From Lytechinus pictus (taxonomy: Eukaryota), in contig NC_087245.1 in the NCBI RefSeq assembly GCF_037042905.1, positions 2,978,001 through 3,042,000 of the forward strand: a stretch of 64,000 nt of DNA, given 5' to 3'. Shown here one piece after another: positions 25,393 to 37,108 of this stretch. The notes under the pieces were generated by a model. It did not search any database, was not told the DNA's origin, and worked only from the letters and a program-made list of their open reading frames with translations. Made by a program: the position numbers and the translations under genes. Numbering within the stretch: the stretch's first letter is position 1; each line of letters starts with the position of its first letter.

Positions 25393-25416
25393 TTTCCCCC
25401 ACCTGGCCCTCTATAA

Positions 25417-25652
25417 TAGTCGATTTGACAGTCACAGGCTCAATACACGAACCTAGAAATGTTCTTTCCGATGAAGTTTTTTTTCTTGATTCGTGTTCCT
25501 ATGGGGTCCTAGAACAAATTCAGCTTGGTTGCCCAAAGTTGCCGTTTGGGCAACCAAGCTGAATTTGTTCTAGGACCCCATACGAACATGAATCAAGAAA
25601 AAAACTTCATTGGAAAGAACATTTCTAGGTTCGGAAAATGTCAAATCGACTA
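25417..25652. mobile_element. Almost fully palindromic MITE with TAA TSD (PIF/Harbinger-like)
   Basis: TAA|TAGTCGATTTGACA ... TGTCAAATCGACTA|TAA. The arms pair almost to the centre (GCCCAAA-GTTGCCG-TTTGGGC). Confidence 0.85.
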
Positions 25653-27599
25653 TAAGAGTAATCCAGCGTTGTTAACAAATGGGTTTTACTCTCCAAACGC
25701 ATCAGACTATCCCCTCTCTATCCCTCACCCACTCATTCATTATTTCATGCACTTCACGCACACGCACCTCATAATCACCCCTTTCTGATCCCGTATTTCC
25801 ATTTTATAGATCTTCATAGTCCCATGTCTTATTCGGAATATGTTTGATCTTAATGTTGATAAGTAAATGATATAGGAAAAAACTTCATTGGAAAGAACAT
25901 TTCTAGGTTCGGAAAATGTCAAATATATTACTTTTGTTTTTGTTGTATTTTCTGTAAAATATTGTGTGAAATGGTATTCTTAACTGTGATGCATAACTTG
26001 TATATTTGTTATATGTTATGGACAATTGAGTACCTCAACTGGGGACAAATGGAAACATTCTTGCAAATATTCTTGCCTAATTGGCTCATCTATATAAATG
26101 TAATTCCACTGTTGCTATCTCCACCATTGCCCCAAAGCTGAACCCTTGAGCATACAATATGAAATAAATGATTCGTTATTATACCTCATAAAAACTTGTT
26201 CATTATATCATTACAAGATATTACAATCTGAGATTACAATTCAACCTTTGGACAATTATTAGTTACAACTGATTTAAAGTTTAAAAAGGAGGGGAAAGAA
26301 GAAAAACTATAAGCATTGAAAGTCAAATTTCCTTATCAAGTCCCAACCACTCCATTATAAAGGGAAAAGAAATGTTATTTGAGAGCAGCAGCGGAAATAA
26401 TGAGCCAAACTTTTGAGGGGCCAGATTATGATGAGAAAATTTATATCCTTCCTAATACAAAACATTATTTTGGGACAGATTTTGTCATAATTGTCATTGT
26501 ATATATTTTACACTTTTCCATTCCTTTTCTATCTTTTTCTCATTTTTTCCTGGTTGTAACACCGCCCCCCCCCCCCCCGATTTTAGAAAACTGCATGGTT
26601 ACACCTAACATGGAAAATGTTGCTTATAGACATAATAAATTAATTATATCTGCATCATTGCCTTTTTGAACTTTGTCTCTAATCAGAACTGGTGTTAGTA
26701 TTGTCTAAGTCAAAATCTTCATTTCTAAATTGCAAACAAAAAATGTTTATACGACTTGTCCATGTCCTATTGACCTTTGGTATATTAATTTATGGCAGAA
26801 TCTTTTCTGAGTCTTGAAATGAAGCTTGTTCCCAAGCTACTTCTATTTTATGGTCACCTCACGTTATTTTTATACATTTTATGGTATTAAACTTTGAATT
26901 TAAAAGCTGGTATATTATTCAGTTGAACTTTATATCACCTTTGAGTTACGACGGCATTCACCTGAAAACTTGAGCCTATAGTTTTCATTATATGGTAATT
27001 TTCTTTCTCCAGTTATATGATTGAGAAACAGATTCTCACCTTCAAATGCCGCTATTTTAGGCCCCTTAAAGTAGAAGAAGACAGAAAATATTTAACGTCT
27101 GGCACAGATTTAAGCATGTAGATTGTTGTAAAAAGTTGAATTACGATCGAGGCAAATCATTCGGCTTCAAATTTAGGACTGGATGAAGGCTATTATTGCA
27201 GGGGGGGGGGTGGGAGGGGTGACTTTTCTTTACCATAGACCACTTTGGATTTATTTTTAGAATTCATTGACTGATAAATCTGATGAAGAGGTACGTGATA
27301 TTTACGTGATAAAATCCGGCAGAAATATATTGTTTATTTGAAGAGAAGTGAATTGAGAAATAAAAACTATATGGCCGTAAGGTCTAGTCTACACCTTTTT
27401 TTCTGTAAGAATATATTTTAAGCTTTCATGTTATCCCTCGTCAAGAAAAAAAAATGGTAATGTAAAAAAACATTATTTGAACTTGTACTTCGAAATTTAC
27501 CTTGATGGGGTAAGGAATTTTCAAATAATAATCATTCCGCGATTTTTACATTTCACTGAGTCAAACAAAAGGCCCCAAAAAAATAATGTTCAAGAAAGA

Positions 27600-28069
27600 G
27601 GGACGGGTCGTCCTTCCTTCAAACAAGGCATACATTGACGACCCTTTTATTGGGCTGGTCCGCCTTTACGAGGCGAAGGCAACTTGACTTTGTCTGAACA
27701 TTAGGCAAGGGTGTGATGGATGTGCATGAATGAGGTGAGAAATGTTGGCCAACGGGATAAACAACACGCCCCATGCAGAATGACTGCTTGCGGAAGACGG
27801 ATTCTGTGATGCGGACAACTTTACAACTTATTTATTTTTAGCGCCCTCTACTAGGCTATAAGTTATACGATTGACGTATTTTTCTTGGTGGTCCAGTTTG
27901 CATTCTCGATCTCTGATACGGTACTCGTTGGTCTGAAATTAATTGTTTACGTCTGGCCGCCTCGGGTCGTCCGCTATTGCTAATATAGAAAATTTTCTGT
28001 TCGTTATAAACAAGTGGTATTATTTGTAAAATCTTCATTTTATGTAGCGTCCATGTCGGGAAAACAAAG
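27600..28069 (+). promoter_or_regulatory. Candidate promoter and first (5' UTR) exon of paralog 2
   Basis: Locally CpG-rich against an AT-rich background and ends in a consensus donor AAAG|GTGAGT (GT at 28070). The ATG-bearing exon has an acceptor at 37046-47, so an upstream exon must exist. A partial CTCF-like GCGCCCTCTAC lies at 27841. Confidence 0.45.
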
Positions 28070-28284
28070 GTGAGTGACTTAAGCATTTTGTACAACCCTT
28101 ACGCTGTATTAATTTAGGTTTGTTGAGTACAGTAGCGCGCCAGCGGGAAACACCAGGGGAAGTCATGAAGGTGGTGGTGGTCTTCTCATGGAGCGGGGAA
28201 GCGCGGGTGCTGATGTTGGTTGGTGGTTGGTGTGGTATCTTCGCACGTACACCAGCTACCACTGTACCAGTAGCCGAGTAGGTA

Positions 28285-28800
28285 TGATGGGGGGACCTAA
28301 AGCTACGCACTTTGTTTTCAAACAATAAAAACTATCCCAATTTTAATATTTCAACAAATATCTTTCACTAATCTGTGGCAAACATTCTAAAGATCATTAA
28401 CCAAGAAGAAAATATCGCAAAACTCACTAATACGAAAATCCCGCCATGTTTTCCGAACACCTCTTGATTTCGCCACCCGATGTAGAAGGGGTCCTAAAGC
28501 TACGCACTCGATTTATCATGCAAAAAAATAGTATTTCCTGTGCCTCAATTTCTAAAATATATTCATATTATTATAGGAAAAAATGAAATTTTAGCGAATA
28601 TAACTCCAAAATTCCAAACAGTTGTTGGTTTCTCTGCATTTAGAGATTTACTGCAGCCTCTGTAGAAAAAATTGAATAGGAATCGTTCGTCACTCTGCAG
28701 TCACAGTTCCACACACAGAGTGCGCATTTGCCATAAAAAATGTATGCGCGATGAGTGGTGCGTAGCTTTAGGACCCGCGCAGCTTTAGGACCCCCTGCCA
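28285..28800. mobile_element. MITE with TA flanks and repeated CCTAAAGCTACGCAC motif
   Basis: TA|TGATGGGGGGACCTAAAGCTACGC ... GCGCAGCTTTAGGACCCCCTGCCA|TA; motif repeated internally near 28490 and 28760. Confidence 0.75.
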
Positions 28801-30537
28801 TACAGTGTTGTTGTAGACGCGGTTTGCGGTGAATATCTAAGCCTAAACTAAGGCCTAACTTTAACCCTTTTTTTTATTACATGTCTCCACTCCAGACATG
28901 CCAACTCTAGGCCTACTCTCACTTAAACTAATCGTGGTCATTTTTATCGGAGTAATGGACCCCGTCATATATTTAGAACAAAAAGAAATAACATCAACAA
29001 AAAGCATGATTTTTTCCACCCAAACTTTTGTTCCACTGAGGTCAGAAGCCCATTTGTTTTGTGTGTGGATGACAACAAAAATCCTTACAAAGAGAAAAGT
29101 AGAATTTTTTAAAGTAGACGGTGAAAAGGGATAATTTTTCATGAGGAATCTGCTTATCACATTTTTATTTGCTCCCAAGGTAGGCCTAATCCTTTTGCAG
29201 CAAATGTAAACAAAGAAAATTGGTCTCCCAAACTGGAGACTGTCTCTGAAATTGGATACCCAAATTCTTTATAAAAGTCTCCGTGCGCCTCTACTGCTAA
29301 TAAGTAATAGAGGGCCTACACAAAAATATGCCCAAAATTCAAGTTTTTGAGTGCTATGGTGAATACAAAAATGATCCCCAAGTTACTAATGACAAATAAT
29401 TTGCAACTGTATAAAGGTGAGTATATTTTGTTACCATAACTTACAAAAGTGGTATTTTAATGATTTTTAAAATGAGTATTGTAGATCTATATCTACATCA
29501 TTCCCCCACAGGCAGGGTGGTTGCAGTGCGCAGTGAACAAGTGTGTAAGACGGGGCTCTGCTCATCCCTATAGCATAACAATCTCTTTTTTAGTCTGACG
29601 ATGTTAATGACATACATGTAGACTCTTGACTTTCTACTGCAAATCAATGTAATTACAATGCAAGTCTGTCTGTAGAATGGGCTGTGTATGTGACCCTTAA
29701 TTTGAGCCAGCTGAATTTGAAATACAAATCTTTGAAATTACATACATGTACATCTCCTAATTAAACAATATGTAGTGTAAAGTTTGCGGAGTACAGCAAC
29801 CGTGCATATGCAGACATATAAGTTATAGGTCTGCATATGCACGCTTGTTGTACTATAACCTTGTACATTGGATGAATGCCCAATAAGACAAGACAATACA
29901 AAACTGCCCAAGGCCAAGGTGTGACTGAGAGTTTTATTTTGTTTCTAAATAAATATTCTGCTTTAGAGATCTAATTTCACAAAAATATTATTTGTCAAGT
30001 CATCTATTTACCTATTTCAGAAAATCTTAAAATTTATCAGCAAGTTTCATTACCAGTGATCTGACATTCTCATCCAAAAGACGTCATTTGATACATATAC
30101 ATGAATGTAGCATCTTTTCCTAAATTGGCTACAAACTGCTGCAGACAGCACCAGGTTTTGAAGAAAAAAATGATTCCCCACCTGCTTATCTGCCACATCA
30201 TTGGATGAGTGGAAATGACTCTAATTTTAGGCTTTTGAACTGATCTTTGTGCAGTCAATATTAATTCTTGCTCTCCCGAGACTTTATCCTTGAATAACTG
30301 AGAGGGTTAAATCTCAAAATTGACCAGTGAATTTACCTGAGTGACTTTTTTGGGGGGTAAATTTTTAGTGGTGGTGAATTTCCACTGAATATTGGACAAA
30401 GAATGGAAGGGGTATTTGTTTATCAACAACTAATACCTCATTGTAGGAGCTATACCTAATACCTCATGAAAAGTGTTCTCTAAAAATATTCTTGTTCAAA
30501 ATGGATAAGGCAGTACATACATGTGCAGTATATTGAT

Positions 30538-31090
30538 CCCGGGGGGGGGCCACTTACATTGACGAGTGGATACCATGCGCGACCCAAAAAAGATAGGGCA
30601 CGTTACGTACATAACGTAATAAGGGTGTCAAAAACACTAAAATATTGAAAAAAGGGTATCTATTTTCGATAGGAAAACTACGTGTTTAGGGTCAAATTTG
30701 CGAGGGTATAAAAAAATTAAGACAAATGTTTTATATAGGATGTACTTTTTGCCCCAAGTGTCAACACTACGTGTTTAGAGTAGGTTTGCACGAGGTGTGG
30801 GGAGGTGGCCGGGCTGTACTAAACATGCTAAACCCAATGATGTATAGGTAAAACCGACGTCGTCCGTGGCATAACAATTTAAATATCGCTATACTTGTTT
30901 AGGGGTTCAATTCAGGGAATACTTGCCAAGAGTATCGTTTTGTTTACATACTTGTTAAGGGTAGGGTTTCGCACGCCAATACTTGTTAAGGGGTGCATTT
31001 TCATAATATGGAAAATACGTGTTTAGGGTGCTTTTCGAGACCCCATGGTCGCGCATGGTATCCACTCGTCAATGGAAGTGGCCCCCCGGG
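30538..31090. mobile_element. CCCGGG-terminus non-autonomous DNA transposon
   Basis: TIR of about 45 bp (CCCGGG..GGCCACTTACATTGACGAGTGGATACCATGCGCGACC) and perfect 8-bp TSD ATATTGAT (30530-30537 and 31091-31098); internal TACGTGTTTAGGG subrepeats. Confidence 0.9.
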
Positions 31091-32261
31091 ATATTGATTC
31101 ACAGTTATGATATTAAATCATTCCTGTCTTCTTTAAAAGAAAAGACTGATAACTAACTTGGTTTATTGATTTTTATATCAAATAGTCCAGGTCACACGTA
31201 CTTGAATACATATTTGGTTTGGTATTTTGGTTGAGTTACAGTAATTTCAAAACTACCATACATGTAAGGTGAAAGAAAATAATGGTGATTTTGTGACCCT
31301 GCAACCAAGGGGATCAAAAGTTCATTTTCTTCTTGATTTTGCAGAGCTATTGCTGTAAGATAGGACTGTTATGTGTTCTAATTTTAGGTATGATTGATAA
31401 ATGGACAGTGTATTTCTTGTCTGTCCTGTTTTTAAGATGCTTTTACTGTACCCATTGTCAGGTGCCCATTGCTGATAAAAAAAGGGGAAAACCACAGGTA
31501 AATGCCCCCTATAATATTTCAAGCTGTGAAAAGAAGGAAGAAAGAAAAGGAACCCCCTCCCCCCCAAAAAGGGGGGGATTGAGCCGGTAACTAACCTTGT
31601 CATATCCTCTATTCAATTTCAAATGAAATTTGAGATGTTTAACATTTACACATCTTCCACCCCCCATCACCTTTCAAATTACTCTGGTTCTGCTCCTGTG
31701 CAAAACAGTATTGGGATAGGCCTACTGGAAGAGAAGATGCGTGTGTGAGAGGTCATGATCCCCCCTCTAAAACTGCCAAATTGATTTTAAATGCCAATGA
31801 ACTGGATTTTAAGTCTTGAGAGGACGTGTATGGTGATATTGTATAATTTCTAGTGTAATTTGTATGTAATTACAATCTACTATTTCTTTAAAAATGTCCA
31901 AATTATTTGTAGGAAAAGGCAAATTACACAATGTATTCATTAGTCAAAGCAATAGGGAATTTCCCTCATGGAAAGTTGTACCACTAGTATCATGTGTATC
32001 TTCAACAAAAAACTTGTAAAGGAAACAGTTGTTAGCACAAGTTTTGAATAACAGGTTGGCTTGTGATTGACTAGGATATTCTATTAGTCTTTTTCTTTAG
32101 ATTTTTTTTCTGAATCTGCTGACAAAATTTAAAATACCATGTACTGTAAGTTTAATTTATGTACTGTAATGATTATTTTGTTTTTATTTTTGGAGTGGGG
32201 GAAGTCTAAACTACATAACTTTGTTATACTTTGATTCTGAGCCATGTAGATGTGTTTGTAT

Positions 32262-33596
32262 CCAGGGGGGGGGGGGGGGTGGGGGATTCAAATTATTTTT
32301 TGATGGGGGTGTGCCTCACGAAACTCTGAAATGGGGGTCTAATCATGGACCTATTACGAATGGACATTCAACGAGAGTATTTTATGACCACCACCTGTTT
32401 CCAGCTGTCAAAATCGCTGTCTAACCCTTAACTTTCTCTTTACGCGGTTTTTACGACCACCGCCCGGGGCGATTGTTTACACAAGCTCCTTTCGCCCACT
32501 GATCGTCACCGATCAATCACTGGCCCTCTTTCGACCAAAGGCAGTCATGTTTTAGCCCCGATTGCCAAAAGGGAAAGTCCCTACATTACCTAGAATGCAA
32601 TGCGCAATTCATATCCGGTTTTTCAGTACATTATTTTAGGCTGTCTATAATGTGCGATTGTCGTCTGTCCATCAAAAAAAAATCCTGTTAAATTCCATCA
32701 ATCCTGTGGAATTTCATGCCCAAATGAAAATCAACTTCTGACCGAAGGTAAGCGCTACTATCGACATCAATACTGTCCGAAAAAGATGAAATTTTAACGT
32801 TTTTCCGCAGATTTTTTCGTCGAATTTCAAATGCTTTTTTGCCATAGATATACGGATCTGCAAGGTGATGTCAATGCATTTCATTTCCGGTTGTTAGCGA
32901 TGTACGTAAAAAATACGTTTATGCACGCCTGTTTTCTTGTTTCTGCTATCATTTTCATAGCGCTAACGTTCGCTGCTGTGCGTTGCTGTTGATAAAGTGA
33001 ACGAACAACATCGCAATGTGTAGGAGCAGCGTACAATTGATTTCCGCTGTCCATCAGTGAGAGCATGGTGAGAGCGTTTTTTACGACCGGCTTGATGGGT
33101 GTCAGCTGCCAGCGCTCTGTTTATAAAAGGATTAGCGGCGACGGTCTTTGTGTCAAAGGAGGGGATTCGTTGAATGTCCATTCGTAATAGGTCCATGGTC
33201 TAATGAACTGACTAAAAGGGTAAAGTACGGGGTCTTGGGAACTAACTATATATGCGCGGTGTGAAAAATAGAGCCTACGGAACGGGATCGCGGCACTGTA
33301 GGTATAGCGCTGTGCATGTGCGGGCGCTAGCCATGCATGGAGCGGCTACTACATGTAGTTATATTTAGGGAGTTGCGAAGCCGTACATGCATCTTCTCGC
33401 ATGAGGTGTTCACGCTTGACAATTTTGACAGGGCTGGGGAACTGAGATGTCTTGTAACGGGTCTTGCGAGCGGGGCTGGGCGGCTTCTGAACTGAGCTTT
33501 TGTCATTTGGAGTATCTAGAGACCTGAAAATAAGTCTGAAAAAGGGGGTCATCAAAGCGGCAGGTCCCCATACCACAAATATATGTGAGTGCCCCC
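32262..33596 (-). mobile_element. Family A element, second copy, interrupted by a P-like insertion
   Basis: Reverse complement of 33460-33596 matches 3272-3410; poly-G terminus at 32265-32285. Confidence 0.75.
32344..33197. mobile_element. Non-autonomous TIR transposon, P-element-like
   Basis: Perfect 31-bp TIR CATGGACCTATTACGAATGGACATTCAACGA and 7-bp TSD GTCTAAT (32337-32343 and 33198-33204); no transposase ORF. Confidence 0.88.
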
Positions 33597-34318
33597 ATAG
33601 TGTATCTTCAGTTATGAGATATACACTGCACAGAGCTTGTATAATTAAGTATTTTACATATTTTGGCTCACTCCCTTAGCTCTCACTTCTACCCCTTTTT
33701 CTTCTTAAAAAGTAATTTAAAAATAACTCAATTTTTCATTGATTATTCTTTTTCTTTAATTTTCTCCTCCTTCTGCCATCTTGCCTCTTTCCCATGATAA
33801 ACTGAAGGCATTAAGGATTATCATAACAAATCTGTTGTGACCACTCTTGGTAGTGGTTTGAGTCATCTGTTACCAATGGCTGATAAGAAACCAGATCATG
33901 ATTAGGGAAGTTGACAAACCAGTTTAAATCTCCAAGTTTAAGGATGGCCATGTCTGATTCAGTCCTCAACTTCTTTGGTTTTAGATTTTATTTTTTGATA
34001 AATATCTATTGATCTATAAATCTAGGTATATATGAGTAATTATTTGTAATAATACCGGATGGATTGCACTTGTATGATAAATGTAATATATTTTGAAAAT
34101 CTTTCAAAAATTTAGTTGCTAATCAACATATGTACATGTGAACCCTGGAAGTTGATAAGACCTTGCAAGAATATTAACTTTGTAATGTTACAGGAGTAGT
34201 GAGAAGAATCCCTTAGGCAGAATGCTGTATATATCCTGTATACAATAAATCTTAATGATAAAAGTGAGACAACTGGTTTGACCTCAAATCATACCTCTTA
34301 ATACAGTAGTGAATGTTT

Positions 34319-34717
34319 GACCCCGTTCTCATTTCAATCCTAAAACTAGTTTAATGGAAATCGGTTCAGGGAACCAGTTTGGAAGATCGCTTTGCTGGTG
34401 TTCCCATCTAATCGCCTGAAAGTAGTTTTTAAAACCACTTCTTGTAACGGTAAAGTGGGAATTTGTACCCGCAGTGTATGCAGTAGAGCATCCGACATAG
34501 GCGAGGATCATTTGTGTTCTGACCTACGCTTAAGCTAGTTTTAAACGATTTAAAGCAGATTTGAAAACCAAATTGCAAGGTGGTTTTCCAAACTGGTTTG
34601 GAAGACCACTTCTCACTTCAAAGACTGCTCTGAGTGTTCCCATTCACATGTTAAACTAGTTTACACTATTGCTGGTTTCCACTAAACTAGTTGTAGGACT
34701 GAAATGAGAGCGGGTTT
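34319..34717. mobile_element. MITE, probably Harbinger-like
   Basis: CCCGTTCTCATTTCAATCCTAAAACTAGTTTA / TAAACTAGTTGTAGGACTGAAATGAGAGCGGG imperfect TIR. Confidence 0.75.
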
Positions 34718-36600
34718 TAGGCATGATTGGGGGCCTGTTCTGTAATCATACACAAACTACATTCGCTTGTTTTTTTCTTCATTTGAACCAACCAGATAGT
34801 ACACATTTATATATCTGGCTGTTGTGTTGTATACCTTTGGGTTGCGTCATGTCCAGATCTAACCATATGAATGGTTTCCTGTAAATGTTATCGCTCTTTT
34901 TTCTGGTTGGCAAGGATTCATTTGGTGATGACTGTTTTCTAGATTCTGGTTACCGGTGATGATTTCCTGTTAGTGTGGTTCATTATTATATAGACTAGGG
35001 GATTCACCTTTGCTCATTATTATACATAGGGATGCCTGGAAAGTAACGTGTATGCCCATTTTTGGAGGCAACAAGTTAATAGTCTGTTGGTTTTCTTTTT
35101 ACTTCAAGGATCAGTTGCTTGAAAGACAAGCATTATCGGATCATTCATTGGCTGAATTTGTAAGATTGGATTTTTACTCAATACTCCTTTGTTATCTTAA
35201 TGTATTATAAACTATTTTAATTGCATGCCTTGATAATGCATTCTCTTTTGGATGTTGTCTCTTGTTTTTTTCTTTACAGTCACTATTTTTTTCACTTTCC
35301 ACATTGAATTTCATTTGTTTTACTGTTGTAACAGTTGCTGTCATTGAATGGAACTTTGAACAGCCCCATTATAACCAGGAATTTTGATTGAACATCCTGT
35401 ATTTTAAAATCAAGTTCCTTTCCAACTTGGCACAACTTTCAGTATCCAGATTTATCACGAATTGTAGTTTTTGGAGGAGAGAAAAGCTTTTTAATTTTTC
35501 TTCAAATTTTATTTTTTTTAATCATGTGGTAATTCTTTGTTTTGAGTGCTATAAGGTTTTTATTTATTCTGTGTAAGAGGTGGATAGCATCACTAGTATA
35601 ATAATAGTTGTTTCTTATAGATGCATAATACACTAATATGTCGGCCTAGGCTATAGTCTCTGCAAGGAGTTGGTAACTCCATGGTCTCTATGTGTGTGGA
35701 AAGTTTGTTTTTATGTTTTCTAGGGCTTATACAAGTGTTCTTAACAGATTTGAATCCTTGAAGTCTGTTCTTGATTTGATATCTTTAGGTAGATTTTACA
35801 CAATTTTGGTGCAAATTAATTCAATTGATCTTAAAACTTTTTTTTCAAATTTTTTATTTATATTTATCAGGGCTTTATACATATTATTGATTTAAAAAAA
35901 AAAATAATTTGCAATTTGTACATTTAGGCTATCTCTTGTTTCCTGTGTACAAGAGTTAAAAAAAAACAATGTCACTGTTTAAGATGATAGTGTCATGATT
36001 GCACTTTCAACAGCCAAAGATATGTGTCTGTTTCAGAATCCCCAAACTTAGTTGAATGTATATTCTGTCTAATTTTATTTCTTTCTGTCTTTGAATAATT
36101 TCAAATCGGTTTGTAATGCAAATGATATCTTTACAAACTAGAGGTTGATGGTCATATCTAAACTGAGCCTTTCCTGCTAATTTGGTTTAGATTTGAATAT
36201 GTTGGGTGTGAAGAAGTTGGTTGTGAATAGGATAGATTAAGTGGGAATAGACTGTACGTGTGCACAAGTGACTGGGTTTGAAATATGATTTAAGGAGTGT
36301 TTTAAAAGTTGAGTGTTCAAGTGTCTTGCTTGCCCAACTTTCCAGTATTGGGTATGTTACAGAAAGAAAATTAATGTCGCCTCTTGATGCAGATTAAGTA
36401 TTCAGTAGTCTATTGTATGCTTGCTACCTTGTTTTCTTGCTTGCAGGTTGGCCTTTATAGAAATATTCAATTGTTTTAAAGTATGCATAGGATTTTGTTA
36501 CTCTCCTAATATTGAATACTCACATTTTCTAAGCCAAATGCTTAGCAACCACAACCTTACAAGATTAATACCAGACATATCATCATGAGATACAGACCAG

Positions 36601-36864
36601 GGGCTCGTCTTAAGAAGAGTAACTATTGGCCCGATCAATCTCAATTATGGACGGCCAGCAACGTCTACATGTATTCTGCATTTTTGTTCACAATGTTTTT
36701 CAACTATGATGTATATTCATGCATTCCTTTTTTTTTTTAATTCACTTTGCTTCTCTTTTTTTACAAAGGAAATTGTGCCAATTTCCTATAGAAAAAATTA
36801 CAACACTGATTTCCATAGAGTTACGATTGATTGGATCAATCGTAACTCTTTGTAAGACGGGGCC
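36601..36864. mobile_element. Harbinger-like MITE (family C)
   Basis: CAG|GGGCTCGTCTTAAGAAGAGT ... ACTCTTTGTAAGACGGGGCC|CAG; 3-bp TSD CAG. Confidence 0.7.
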
Positions 36865-37108
36865 CAGGTTCAAAGTTTTAGGTTATTGATATGTGATACT
36901 TTGCTGTTTTGTAAAAAAGAAAAAAAAAACTTTTCCATTGATTTTTGTAATGAAATGTTTCATGTAGTTGATTTATTGCTTTTGTCAGCAAACATTGCAT
37001 TGCATTTGGATATATCAGTTGTAGTCTATCTTTCATTCTGTTTGCAGATCAAAAGCTAATTTAATTCACGAGAGTTACAACCTTACATAGGCTGTAAGAA
37101 GCATCAAG

